Shown: positions 1 through 13,739 of the stretch, piece after piece
How positions within the stretch are numbered: the first letter of the stretch is position 1
How the letters are laid out: each line of letters begins with the position of its first letter
NCBI RefSeq assembly: GCF_006345805.1
Contig: NC_043014.1
Coordinates: forward strand, 19,096,001-19,160,000
DNA: 64,000 nucleotides
Source of the DNA: Octopus sinensis
Taxonomy: Eukaryota
Direction: 5' to 3'
Notes under the pieces: generated by a model
Database searches by the model: none
The model's input: the letters and a program-made list of their open reading frames with translations, nothing else
What the model was told of the DNA's origin: nothing
Position numbers and translations under genes: made by a program

Positions 1-734
1 GTGTATAAACGGAGAATCAATAAAACCGTACAATGAAATGTGGCATCATGGTGTGCTTTTTGCAGAAGCCACATATATGGTGTTGAGGATCACATTTAGT
101 CATTTTTATCTGTTCATTGAAGCTCTCCTTCTTCACTATTCAGAGAGTATGATGTAGATGCATACATGTATATTTGCATATTATGGAAGATGAGTGCTAG
201 ACAGAGCTTCTCTCTGTAATATTATAAGTTGCGTCAATGAAAATGTCACAACTCTCTAATGCAACTCCGCGATTTGAGCAATAAATTACAATTTCGCGTA
301 TCGATGCTCTATTTTACCAGGCTTGGTACTTTATTTGATTCTTGAAACCACTATCTTAGAATTTAAAGATCGAAACATATTAACATACCGAAAGGTACAG
401 GTTATAAGTACAAATACACTAAGAGAAGACTTTTCATAAATAATGAGATAGATATATAATTTCATAAAAAGAATTGTCGCAACAGGGTGGGGGGAAATAA
501 TTAGAGTAATGAGAATGTAAGTATATATTTAACTGCGCATCACTCAATGCAGTTGCCTTAGCGATTATTATTTTATAGGTTCCTATATATTTCGTTGTAG
601 TGTTTACACGTTTACAAAAGAATTAAGTTAAAAACTCATACAATGTATGACAACACACATACACAAATGTATGTATATACATACATACAAACACGAAAAT
701 CACTCAAATGTATATTCCTAATCAAATCAAGGCT

Positions 735-942
735 GGTTTCCTGGATTCTGTGGTGTATATATTCAAAGTATCACCTGGATGGAACGCGAATCTTAGGATT
801 ACTAAGTTGTGACAGCTGAGTGAACTGGAGCGAAGGAAAATGAAATATTTGGCGAAAGCACACACCGCATCACCCAGTGCAAGAATCGAAACCACGACTA
901 TTATCATGGGCGCAACATCCTAACCACTAAGCCACGCTCTTC
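735..942 (-). mobile_element. Degenerate tRNA-derived SINE (same family as 3556-3805)
   Basis: Reverse complement has A-box tggcttagtggttagg and B-box ggtttcgattc, then the cactcagctg motif shared with 3556-3805. Confidence 0.6.
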
Positions 943-1138
943 CACCAGACATATAATGATACATGGAAATAAACAAATATACACACATTGAAGTTGAATA
1001 CCTCTATATACATAACAACACACACACACACACACTGCTATACGTTAATACGTTCACACTAACATACATGTACGCACACACACACCCAAACACATATATG
1101 CAAATGCATATCAGTGCATGTTGACATATATATGTCAC

Positions 1139-1193
<55 letters not shown>

Positions 1194-1197
1194 TATG

Positions 1198-1232
<35 letters not shown>

Positions 1233-1233
1233 G

Positions 1234-1272
<39 letters not shown>

Positions 1273-1300
1273 GTATATATGACACACACAAATGTATATA

Positions 1301-1356
<56 letters not shown>

Positions 1357-1454
1357 TAGATAGATAGATACGTATTTATATGTATGTATATTTGCATTCG
1401 TATTCATATATACCTATATATTTATGTATATGTATATATCTATGTATATGTGTA

Positions 1455-1493
<39 letters not shown>

Positions 1494-1510
1494 GCAATAT
1501 ACATGCATAT

Positions 1511-1514
<4 letters not shown>

Positions 1515-1547
<33 letters not shown>

Positions 1548-2345
1548 CATTATGTATACATATATATTTATATATATATTGATATGCACATCCGCAGGCA
1601 TATTAACTGCTGAAAATATACTTCGCCCACAGCTGACTGTAATATATAATTATACTACCCTGGTAAGCGTGAAATCATGAAAAGAAAGTGATGAAGAAAA
1701 GGATGATCTCAGTTGGTGGATAAAGGCATATAAAAATCGGGACCAAATTTTTCAAACATTTTATATATTCTGTTCATAATTTATTGTTCAACATTGGTAG
1801 TCAATCATTTATTGTGCTCTCTGTAACATTCTGTTTCTTCTTAATCCTAACAAAAGATTTTGATTTTTTTACTTCAGCTCATGTTCTTGCTGCTGATAAT
1901 TGCTATTGTTTTGCTTTTGCTTTATACACACACAACACACACACACATATATATATATATATACATTATGTATACATATATATTATATATATATTGATAT
2001 GCACATCCGCAGGCATATTAACTGCTGAAAATATACTTCGCCCACAGTGACTGTAATATATAATTAACTACCCTGGTAAGCGTGAAATCATGAAAAGAAA
2101 GTGATGAAGAAAAGGATGATCTCAGTGGTGGATAAAGGCATATAAAAATCGGGACCAAATTTTTCAAACATTTTATATATTCTGTTCATAATTTATTGTT
2201 CAACATTGGTAGTCAATCATTTATTGTGCTCTCTGTAACATTCTGTTTCTTCTTAATCCTAACAAAAGATTTTGATTTTTTTACTTCAGCTCATGTTCTT
2301 GCTGCTGATAATTGCTATTGTTTTGCTTTTGCTTTATACACACAC
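1515..2345. repeat. Tandem duplication, about 412-bp unit, 2 copies
   Basis: gatatgcacatccgcaggc...gctttatacacac occurs twice; identical ORF starts at 1784 and 2196; copies differ mainly by single-base deletions. Confidence 0.9.
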
Positions 2346-2485
2346 AAACACACACGGACACAGACACACACACACACACAAACATACAAATACACACACA
2401 AACACACACAAATCACACATGCACACACACACGCTCGCACACACACACACGCATGCACACATAGGCACATACACATGTTTATATG

Positions 2486-2532
<47 letters not shown>

Positions 2533-3555
2533 GTATATATGTATATGTGTATATATAACTTTTTTTGTTCAATTCATGACTATTTTCTTTTGTACTTTTC
2601 TTTCCCCTTTTGGAAATCTATTCAAATATGAATTTCTACATACATGCATACATGCAAACATACGTACATACACATACACACGCACGTACACACACGCACA
2701 CACATACATACATACATACATATGTACATATGTATGCACAGATATATATATATATATATGCATATTTATGTGTGTGTGTGTATGTATGTATGTCCCTTCA
2801 CATGGACAAATACATATACATACCCACGAAAAAGTGTGGTCTTATTTATAAAGAATGAAAGGAAAAGGAATCTATTATAAATTATTAGCGAAACAAACCT
2901 ACCATTTGTCTTTTGTTTTCATTTCACGTGTGTACGCACGCGCACAACTTATATATTCGTGAAAAAGGTGCACCGGAAGATAAGTCTCACATTCATTTGT
3001 TATGCTACGTTCTTGGCTCAGAATTTGACTCGCTCGCATTCAAGTTGCACGTTGTCTTTATGAATAATCTAAATAATAAGCTTGGTTAGAATTTTCGTGA
3101 ATATGTTAAAAATATTAAACTATATGATGTCCAGAAATATATGGAATAAATGTCTTTAGTTTTATGCATTGCAGCTCTTAACAAATGAAAACCACGTGAA
3201 TGAACATTTTCAATATTTAGTTAGTCCATTTTATTATTTACTCACAGCCAACCATATATTTTAAAAATTCACGACATGAAACAAAATATATTATACACTC
3301 TGAATACTCAGGTATGCACGCACCAGCTTCTCTATATTTTTATATTATCAAACGCAAGGCGATGAGCTGGAAGCTCAGCGGCTTTCTTTTCGACTGACTT
3401 CAAATAGCCCCAAAGTCAACCTGCCTTTCTTCCTATCAAGGCTGATAATGCAAAGTACCAGTCAAATACTGGGCTCGATATAATCAACTAACATCCCTCT
3501 ACACTTTAAATTCCAGGTCTTGTACTAAAATTTGAAACAGTAATATTAGATACGT

Positions 3556-3805
3556 GGAGACGCATGGCTCAGTGGTTAGGGTGTCAGCATCATGATCGTA
3601 AGATTGTGGTTTCTATTCCTGGACCGGGAGACGCGTTGTCTTCTTGAGCAAAACACTTCATTTCACTTTGCTCCTGTCCACTCAGCTGGCAGAAATGAGT
3701 AACGCTGCGATGGACTGGCGTCCCATCCAGCTGGGGAACACGTACGCCATAGAAACCGGGAAACCGGGCCCATGAGCCTGGCTAGGCTTTAAAAAAGGCA
3801 CGTTT
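3556..3805 (+). mobile_element. tRNA-derived SINE, near full length
   Basis: A-box tggctcagtggttagg, B-box-like ggtttctattcc, central ttgagcaaaacacttc...cactcagctg, T-rich tail; imperfect TSD aatattagatac/aatattaaatac. Confidence 0.75.
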
Positions 3806-3939
3806 TTTTTTTAAATATTAAATACATTTTGTTGTGTATAACCCATGTTTGGAAATTTATCACTGAAACTACTTACATAGCAATAATATACTGGCAATGA
3901 AATAGGTTGGTCTGCTCTAGTTCCATATGATGCATTAAT

Positions 3940-4160
3940 AATCCTTTCTATTATAGACACCAGGACTATATTTTGAGTAAGGCTAGCGATTGGTCGATTA
4001 CATCAACTCTGGTTTTCAACAGGTGATTATATTATTGACTCCGAAATGATGAAAGGCAAAGTTGATCTTGGTGTCATTTGAATTCAGAGCATGAAGCCGG
4101 AAAAAAATGTCGTCAAGCAGTTTGTCCGGTTTATTGGCGATTCTGCTACTTCACCACCGC
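3940..4160 (-). mobile_element. SINE family A (ggcggcgagctggcagaatcgttagc head), degenerate
   Basis: gatgaaaggcaaagttgatcttgg...tttgaattcagagc is the reverse complement of the family A body. Confidence 0.7.
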
Positions 4161-4972
4161 AATACTACATTGTTTAACTGGTTTTCCGTTTTGTCAATAA
4201 ACAATTCGAAGAGTTTGTTTCTCCACGGTAACCCCATTACGCATTCATTAATGAGTAAAGGAGCGTTTAAAATGTCCTAAAAATAAAATAAAAGAAGCTC
4301 TATTATATGGACTGCTATTTACAATGTAGAGTGGGTTTTTTTTTATCTTCAAAGGTAACTCATACGATACTTTCATACATCGAATTCTAATGGAAAAATT
4401 ACGATTTACGTAACTGCATTCAGATGCATACAGTTATCTTCGTACGCACGTATATGCATGTATCAAATCTGTGGGGGTTTTCCTAATACAAAATGATAGC
4501 AAAGAACATAAATCATTTTATTAAAATTTCCACCAACATTGACGTTCTTAGAAATATTTTTCTTTGTCCTAATAACTGTAAAGGGCATAACTTCAACCAC
4601 AAATAACAAGATTAATTGAATATTTCTAAAGTAACATCTCAATGCTTTTGTAATAATTATGTTTTTTGACATATTTTTTTTTAATGTTAAAATCTATAAT
4701 ACTGTCACATTCTACACCTATACCTATATATGTATACACACACATACTCACTCACACATTTCGTTTAACTTGCCTTGGGTCTACAACAACTTGCAGAATC
4801 GGAAGGCAAGTTCGTCACAGGGTTACCCATTTACAGCTGAGCGGACGGGACCAACGTGAGCTGAAGTGCTTTACTCAAGAATACAACGCGACGTTCGGTC
4901 TGAGAGTCGAAGACGCGATGCAACCAAATAGAGAATCTACGATTCATTCATATTATTATTACTACTATTCAT

Positions 4973-5190
4973 AAGGCGGTAAGCTGGCAGAATCGTTTGA
5001 ACGCTGGATGAAATGTTTAGCAGTATTTCGCTCGTCGCTACATTCTGAGTTTAAATTCTGCTGAGGTCATCTTTACCTTTCATTCTTTTTAGGTCAATAA
5101 AATAAGTTCCAGTTGAACCCTGATGTCGATATAATCGACCCATCCTCACCTTCCCCAAGCTGCCCTTCTGGCAAATATTTGAAATAATTC
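4973..5190 (+). mobile_element. SINE family A
   Basis: aaggcggtaagctggcagaatcgttt...ctacattctgagtttaaattctgctgaggtc. Confidence 0.8.
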
Positions 5191-5329
5191 TCACTACTGT
5201 TCACCAATAACTCTTCAACTTGTTTCATTTTTAAAGCTAGGGTCATGCTGGGGTACCACCATTTACAATTCATTCACTTCACCTGATAAGTCCTCAGGCC
5301 ACCAAAAGTAATATGGATATGAGCATGAG

Positions 5330-6050
5330 CATGATTTGTTAAACCAGCATGTGATCCAGCTGAAAAATCAAAATGTGGACAATGGTGGTTTGTGGGAAGA
5401 CTATTGTTCTATTGGTTTATTTTCCTATTTTCCCGTCACGGCTCATGATGAAGTACCACTTGAGTTCCGAAATTTAAAGCTAGTAAAAGCACTCTCCTCC
5501 ACTTCGCACGCTTTCTTGCAGGATTCTTAAAGTTTTCTGGCCTAATATGCCGGTGTTTTAAATTATCTTTGAATTTATCCTCATACCTTAGAAGCGGCCG
5601 GCTATCATTACCTCATGAAGTCAGAAGCTGACCAGAAAAGATTTGTTTTAGTATTCGACCATTATCCATACGAAGAACTTGCTTGTGAAAGCTTCTATAC
5701 CGAGTATTCCTCATATTTTCATGAGAGTGCTATTCTTTACTCTATCATCCAACTCAACCTTGCATATTTTTTTAAGTTCATAGGGAAGTTGTCCAGTTGT
5801 CCTTCCTATAGCATGTCCAGGTCACTGCACTATATAAAAGGATTATTAGAACGATTGACTCATGCACGTCTATTTTTGGGTATTCCAAATCGATCATAAA
5901 GTTTCCCAAGAGTTGAACCAGCATTTTCAGTACAAGGTTGAACCTTCTTGTCGAATTTAGCATCACTTGCTACTGTAGAATCCCCAAATATGTGAAAGCA
6001 TCAACTGTTTTCAAACTTTCCCTATAACAAGTTCAGTAGGCAAGATTTCT
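5330..6050 (-). mobile_element. RTE-clade LINE reverse-transcriptase 3' fragment, decayed
   Basis: Minus-strand translation gives LKTVDAFTYLG and VLIILLYSAVTWTCYRK, resembling RTE RT motifs (V..F.YLGS; LLYGSETW); frameshifted. Confidence 0.65.
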
Positions 6051-6081
6051 AGTATCTTATATTATTATCAGTAAGTGGTAA

Positions 6082-6169
<88 letters not shown>

Positions 6170-6173
6170 TGAG

Positions 6174-6229
<56 letters not shown>

Positions 6230-6342
6230 ATGTATATGTATGCGTATAAAATATAATTAAGGTTCAGTTGAATTACGTACTTAAATTGAGGCACGCAGCC
6301 AGTTCGGAATAGTCCGAACCGTCCAAATTTAAGTGAGCAAAA

Positions 6343-6668
6343 TGCAAATAAGTAACAAGTATATCCAGGTATCAATATATTACGGCCGTTTTAAGCGGCT
6401 CCATTTAATTTATCAATGGAAACCTTATATCAATTTGAAAACAACCGCTCTGCTTATATGTAGATGGCTATATAGATTTCCAACACAAAGGATAAACCAT
6501 CTTTAGTATTTATATCAAATTTATAACAGTACTAGGACCCCTTTAAATTACATTCTTTCCTTATGTTATATTTGTTGCACAAATATAATGTTTTCATTGA
6601 TCGATTAAATGGAGCCGCTTGAAACGGCCGTAATGTATTGATACCTGGAATCCTGCTACTTTTTTGCA
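6343..6668. mobile_element. Small fold-back element (about 100-bp inverted arms) with degenerate HHR, PLE-related
   Basis: ccaggtatcaatatattacggccgttttaagcggctccatttaat is inverted as attaaatggagccgcttgaaacggccgtaatgtattgatacctgg; GAAAC-ggcc-GTA at 6621-6632. Confidence 0.65.
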
Positions 6669-7272
6669 CATATGTATATATATGTGTATATATATGTGTG
6701 TGTGTATATATCTATGTATGTATGTATGAATATATATTTATGAATTTATGTGTGTGCTTGTGTGTCTATATATACACATGGTGAGAGAGAAGGAAATAGA
6801 TTTAACTAATTCTCTGAAATTAAAAGCTTGCTCTAAACTAACGTGAATGAGAAATGGTCAAATTTAATTCTTACTTGTTCCAGTTGTTAGACTGTTAGAC
6901 AGAGACAATGCAAGTGTATCTCTAAGAGAAGTCTAGGGCAATTATGTTTAAAACCATTCAAGTACACGCCTAGCGTTTTGCCAGCTACTTTCTTTTATCG
7001 ACATATGAAGAATATTTTCTATTACAACCACTCAAGTGAATAAGTTATCTTTAACATTCAACTTTTTCTTACTGAGCGTAGGATTCAGTCGTACCCACGC
7101 AAATGTAACACACGATGTCTCACATAACACATGATGCCTCACAGTGAATGAACTGTCTCTTGAAATTTTCGAAAGATGATACAGTTTAGATAAATCTCGT
7201 TGTCTGCATCATTTGAAGGTGAAAGTATTAATGCATATATGTTATAGAAGTAAATATATGTATGTACATATA

Positions 7273-7338
<66 letters not shown>

Positions 7339-8405
7339 CATATATATATATATATATAATATATATATATATATATGTATGTATGTATATATATATATAT
7401 ATGTATTTATATATATATAATATATATATATATATGTATTTATATATATATATATATTATATATATATATATATACATACATATATATATATATATGTAT
7501 GTATGTATATATATATATATATATGCCTATAGATATTGATATACATATATGTATGCAAGTATAAGTGCATACTATATGTGTGTGCGTGTACTTGTGTATG
7601 GGTGTGTGTGTGCATGTGTGTGTGCGTGAGTCTGAATGTATATTTGTTTCTGTGTGTGTATGTATGTTTGTGTGTGTGTGTAGTTTTACAGTTGGATAGA
7701 AATGTTGGTCGAAAGATTTTCGACAGATAGGTAGGTAGGTACAAAAACTCGACACCAAAAATGTCTAACAGAACAGATGCTTTTAAAAAATTTTAAGAAA
7801 ATATATAATGAAAAAATAGAAAAATAAAACTACACCTTAAAAGAATACCTCCATCAAAGAGTTACTTAATTGCCCAGAAAAAAATTCTCTAGTAATCTAC
7901 TTCAAGAAAGAATAATGCTAGCATGAAAGAAGCCAAAATATGGGAAAGTGAAATGTCAAGTCAATCAAATGTAATCACTGGCTAAATATCGAAAGTCTGG
8001 TAAAATAGTGATAAGATTATCGTTATTGGACTGATATCGTTCCTTTGTCTTTTTTCTTTCTTTTATTCTCTCTTTTCAGTGAAAAGAAATGATCGGTTTT
8101 GTATTCATATGGATTTATCAAAGAAATTGCATAACTTTTAAAATAAAGAGAAGTGAGAAATTCACTTCTGCCAGACAAATTACTCTAGTCTAGTAACAAT
8201 ACATTTGTGTAGACGAATAAAAGTTTCTAGTTAAAGGCATAGAAAATTATCCAAGCAATATCGTATATGTACGCACGACTGTCTGTCAGTTTGTCTGTCT
8301 GTATGTATATATGCATGCATACATGTGTGCATGTGTGCATGTTTGTATGTATTTTTATATATATATATATATATACTAACATACATATTCATATGTATAG
8401 GCATG

Positions 8406-8450
<45 letters not shown>

Positions 8451-8734
8451 TATAGATATAGATATACGTATCGTTTGCGTTGATTCATTTTTGTAAAGTT
8501 TTTTCCCCAAAGAAACAAAGAAAAACGTTTGTCCCCGGTGCAGGAGAAAGAATCCAGTTCGTTCGAATTTAAACACGCACAGCTCGGTATTATTCATGAA
8601 ATTATCTACGTATGTTTGCATGTAAGTATATATGTATGTTTAAGCATACGTATGCATATTAGAACATGCAGGCGCGTATGTGTGCGTGAGTGCGTGTTCC
8701 AGACATTGCGTGTTGATGTAGACATATACATACT

Positions 8735-8892
8735 CTTTACTCTCTTTTACATGTTTCAGTCATTTGATTGTGGCCATGCTGGAGCACCGCCTTTTTGTCG
8801 AGCAAATCGACCCCAGGACTTATTCTTTGTAAGCCTTGTAAACACACCAGCATCGGTTGTCAAGCGATGTTGATGGGACAAACACAGACACA

Positions 8893-8950
<58 letters not shown>

Positions 8951-9105
8951 CATACGACGGGCTTCTTTCAGTTTCCATCTACCAAATCCACTCACGACCC
9001 GAAACTATAGTAGAAAACACATGCTCAAGTTTCCACGCAGTGGGACTGAACCCGTAACCATGTGGTTGGTGAACAAGCTACTTACCACAAACCCAATCCT
9101 ACGCT
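8735..9105 (-). mobile_element. SINE family B (tggctgtgtggtaagtagcttgc head, internal (TA)n(TG)n), with internal deletions
   Basis: Reverse complement matches the full-length copy at 37632-38043. Confidence 0.8.
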
Positions 9106-9506
9106 TAGAAATTTACGTTCATAATTTTTTTCTCATACACTAAGCTAAACTTTTGGAACGTTTTAGATCTGTTAACACTTCAAGTAATGGTGTGTGATTG
9201 TAATTCTCTGCTCATTGGTTTCCTTTCAGATCTGGTGACGCTCAATTTCTGAATCCATAATTAATAAAATTGATTTGGTATGACTACTGACGTGACAGTT
9301 TATCAGTACATTTTAGTATGCTATTGTCACTACACCCTCCTCCTCCCTCAACTAGCCCTGCAAAGATTTGAGCGTTCCGATAAACCTTCTCGACTGGTAA
9401 ACGTTTTGCTTGATCATGTCACCATGGCGTCTGAACTGAAAAGGGAGTGCTTGCGTGTGTATGTAAATGTGTGCGTTTATGTGGTGTGAAGAAGGATAGC
9501 TCTATA

Positions 9507-9542
<36 letters not shown>

Positions 9543-9810
9543 ACAGGGGAGAATTCACACAAAAAAACAAAAGACGAAGACAGATGGTGTAGAAAACAAA
9601 CATATGTATTAGTATAACGCTCGGCAATTGAAAAAAGTCTTTAACGTTTCGAGTCTACGCTCTTCCAGAGAAAAGAACATAGAAAGAAAAAAGGAGAGAA
9701 AAAATGTGTGTAGTGGCTAGCGATCTATCATGGTGAATGCCGGACAGAAGGGTCACACAGGAGGGCTAAGAAGTAGAAATATAGATGTTAGTAGGAATAT
9801 AGAAGTAGGA
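9543..9810 (-). mobile_element. PLE terminal-repeat fragment with minimal HHR-like motif (9637-9670)
   Basis: Minus strand reads ctggaaGAG-cgtaga-CTC-GAAAC-GTTaaagac; flanked by (TA)n on both sides. Confidence 0.55.
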
Positions 9811-9842
<32 letters not shown>

Positions 9843-11131
9843 TACTAGGGGAAGTCAAAAGTTATCCACACTTTCGCTATAAGGTATCTTTATTATTTTC
9901 ACACTGCCTTCTGAGCATGCGTGCTTATAGTTGGTACAATGGTGGTCATATGATCGTAGTTTGAGCCTGATCGCGCCAATGTTCTTTCTGATTTTGCAGC
10001 GTAAGCATGGATTACCTAGGTGCACCAAAGAAGAACAAAGAGCAGTAATCCGTTATCTCTGGTCGGAATGTGTGTCAGGTTCTGCAATTCCTCAGAAGCT
10101 TTTAGCACAATACGGAAACAGTGCACTTCCGCGTACAAGCGTGTATGAGTGGATCGAGAAGTTTAAAAGTGGCCGGAGAAGCGTGTCGCTTGAAGAGATA
10201 GCAGGATGCCTGTTAACCTCTACCACTGACGAGAAGATTCATTAAGCTCGAGAGGTAGTAATAGTGAACTGGCGTGCTATGATCGATGAGGTAGCTCGTA
10301 TACTGCAGATTAGTCATGGTTCTGCCTATCAAATCATCCACGATTAACTCAGTGTCTATAAAGTATGTGCAAGATGGATGTCAAGAGAGCTTACTGCAGA
10401 GCATAATCGCTAACGTCTTGAGATCTGCCAGCATTTACTCGATCGCCAGAACAATGAGGGCGAGGAATTTTTGAGCAGTATAGTCACTTATGAAACGTGG
10501 GTCCATCATTATGAGGTAGAATCCAAAAGACAGAATATGGAGCGAAATCATTCTGGTTCGCCAGTGACGAAGAAATTCAAGACTCAGTTTTCCACAGAAA
10601 GGTGGTGCTAAACGTTTTGGGGATTCATATAGGTCTATACTTGAAGATTATCTGAAAAAGGGGTGTACAATCAACAGTGCAAAATACTGTACGTTCCTAA
10701 CCAACAAACTGAAGCCAGCAATTCGCACCAAACGCCGAAGTTTATTGTCGAAGAAAGTTTTGTTGTTGCATGACAATGCACGCCCACACGCGGCCGGTCA
10801 GACCGTTGAAATCATTAACCAATTGGGTTTTGAGGTACAGGAACACCCTGTCTATAAGTCAGATCTCGCCCCTCCCGGCTATCATATTTTTAGGCTGCTC
10901 AAAGATGGTTTACGATATCGTCGATTTCCTACGGATGAAGATGTGAAGGAAGCGGTGCATAAATGGTTGCACAAACAACCGGAAACCTTCTTGGAGGGAG
11001 TACGCAAGCTTATGGACCGCTGGAAAAAGGCATCGAAAAGGAAGGAGGTTATGTAGAAAATTGACGTACTTGTTTATCTCCTGCTTTTGTGTAAATACAA
11101 GAGCCTGTGTAATTTTTAACGCTCTCACTTT
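9843..11131 (+). mobile_element. Mariner DNA transposon, decayed, near full length
   Basis: Left TIR-like tactaggggaagtcaaaagttatccacac after TA; degenerate right end; carries the transposase pseudogene. Confidence 0.85.
10007..11064 (+). pseudogene. Mariner transposase pseudogene
   Basis: EQRAVIRYLW...VYEWIEKFKSGR HTH, KVCARWMSREL (WVPHEL-like), IVTYETWVHHY, LLHDNARPH, HPVYKSDLAP (YSPDLAP-like); several stops and frameshifts. Confidence 0.9.
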
Positions 11132-11146
11132 TACACACACACACAC

Positions 11147-11199
<53 letters not shown>

Positions 11200-11200
11200 T

Positions 11201-11268
<68 letters not shown>

Positions 11269-11359
11269 AAGAACGATATTATGTCTAAAAACAATATCGT
11301 TAGCGGCCGTGTGCGTAAAGCCGTATAGGCAAATTATGTAGTATATGTATATATTCCTA

Positions 11360-11380
11360 TTCTTCTTCTTCTTCTTCTTC

Positions 11381-11450
<70 letters not shown>

Positions 11451-11479
11451 GATTATTATTATTATTATTATCATCATCA

Positions 11480-11526
<47 letters not shown>

Positions 11527-11530
11527 GTTA
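11360..11530. repeat. (TTC)n/(TTA)n microsatellite at the 3' end of the R4/Dong LINE
   Basis: Direct sequence. Confidence 0.95.
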
Positions 11531-11539
11531 TTCAATTTG

Positions 11540-13170
11540 ATGCAGATTTAATCTTTTCCTGAATGTATGTGGGTAGCGGTTTATTGACCTGTAACCTTAG
11601 ATATTCACTAGCTTTCAATAATCTTTCAATTGTTCAAATCTTTCTGATAATCTTTCCTGCTCCAAAGAAGCAAACTAATTATTACAGTTTTCATATTCCA
11701 AATTATCGCTATTTCAAATTTTACTGGATCGACGCCTTTCAATTTTTCGACTTTTTTCTTTACTCTACTGGAATCAAATGAACATGCTAGATAAGTCAAT
11801 GAGCAAATTCGCTTTGTTTCTCTATTATTGGTATATCGGGTTTACTATTTTCTTTCTTCTTTTCCGTTTGAACTGGAAAATCTCATAGAATTTTGGATTT
11901 TTCCGATTCAAGCACTCTTTCAACCAAATGATTATACCACGTATTTCTTGATTCAAAGCTTCCAGTGCAAAACATTCACAATTTGGTCATGCCACCATTT
12001 CTGATATTCTTCCCGAGCCAACTTGGTACATTCTGCAACAATATGTGTCATTGTCTCATCCCCAAATTCTACATACTCTACATTTTGCCGTCACGTCTTC
12101 CCCATACATATTATTTTCTTAAGTTTGAACTTGAGTTGCTGTAATAAGGTCCACTGCTTCGTTTTTCAGTTGCCTTATTTCCAAAACTGACTATGTAAAA
12201 GTTTCTCATTAATCTGCTTCAAATTGTCTCTTCGAACTTCATTCATGTCCTTTTCTTCTATTCCACACTTGATCTCCTGTTCTTTATTCACTACCTTTCA
12301 CAATTTCTCTGTGTTTTTCTGTAAATACTCTAGTAAAATTTTTTCCATCTGTACACATTCTTTCACAGCAGTCAAGCCTCTTCTACCCTGGTCTCTCTTC
12401 AAGTACAACCAGTTAATATCAAATTCCGATTGTGGGCTCCATACATAGGCAATAGCTTTCTAGGGTTTTTTCTTTGTCATTTCCACAAGTTTCTGTATAA
12501 CTCTGTCTTTCAAATCTACGATTCTGGTTCCATATAACCGGTACAGTATTTTATGAATTCAACCTTGACTGTAATATTTTTCTCTCCCCTTTTACAATCA
12601 CTACTTATAATTTACTTCATCTCCACATGTTTCTGAATAATTATATCTCTGTCCTTTCATTACTGCTTTCATTGTTTGTCAATTTGGCAGATCAAATATT
12701 CAAATATTCCCCAATGCATTATCAATAAAGCGCACATTTTAATCCCAAATTCCATGATTACATCATTTGGGAAAATGCACACAATATGTAAAACACATCC
12801 AAGCTACAATTAATTTTTTGTATAAAGCTTTACATCATCTGTACCAAAGGGAATAATTTATCTGACCACAAGTCATAAGATATTTTGACTTCTTCTAATA
12901 TCGAACTGAGAAGTCTAATAGACAATACAAATAGTAATGGAGATAATCTATCACCTTGAACTATAAGTTTCATGTTGATTTCCCCAAGTCTTTGTTTTCC
13001 TCCAATCAATTCAGTATTTCAGTTTTCATACTTTCCTCCATATTTTCTCCCACTCCAAATATTCTCACAGTTTTATTTAGTCAACTGTTTTGTACCGTGT
13101 CATATGCTTTTCTGTAATCCGACAATGTTGTATTTAATCCCATCAGTCTCTGTCTATAATTTCTAATTAT
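11540..13170 (-). mobile_element. R4/Dong-type non-LTR retrotransposon 3' part (RT, zinc knuckle, RLE region), decayed
   Basis: Minus strand: DYRKAYDTV, QGDRLSPLLFVL, TDDVKLY, ETMTHIVAECTKLAREEYQKWWHD (CCHC/RHD region); ends against (TAA)n. Confidence 0.8.
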
Positions 13171-13739
13171 CATTTTATAAACTAACATCTAGATCGAAAT
13201 CAAAAGTGCAGTGGAAGGAAAATGAATAGAGTAAAAGAGGTAAACAACATTGTGATTGAATTTTTAAAATGAACCAAATAAAAGAGGTTTTATGAAACGA
13301 ATGAAAAGAATATGAGATGGAAAGGGAGATTCTACGCAACGTGTGGTAGATTGAGTAAGGGAGCTATTCGTATAAATGATCACACTACAAGATAAGAGGT
13401 TGACGAAATTCAAGGAAGAAGATTGAAGCAATTCAAAGAATAAAAATTAACAGGAACAATGTGAAACAATAGTATCAGAAAGTAATAAGGAAGGGTAAAA
13501 GATAAAGAACAGAAAAGGAAGGAAATCATTGTCTGAGAATGCTGTAAAGTAAATGATGTGGGGGGGGGGTTAATAGGGCATGTAACAATAAATGTTGAAG
13601 AAAACTTGAGTGATGAAAAGGAGATGCGAGAAATGCTACGAAGTTAAATGTTTCGTGTGAACAATGGAATGCCACCAAAAGTCAGATAATGGAGAGAGGT
13701 AAAGGAAGGAGAGTAAATAGAGTTTTGAGCTTGATTACC

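Noticed and set aside
5283-5310. ctgataagtcctcaggccaccaaaag as an HHR
   Set aside because: No GAAA and no closing stems.
13180-13735. Purine-rich insert between the LINE fragments
   Set aside because: Probably the antisense 3' region of another retroelement, but no diagnostic motif was found.
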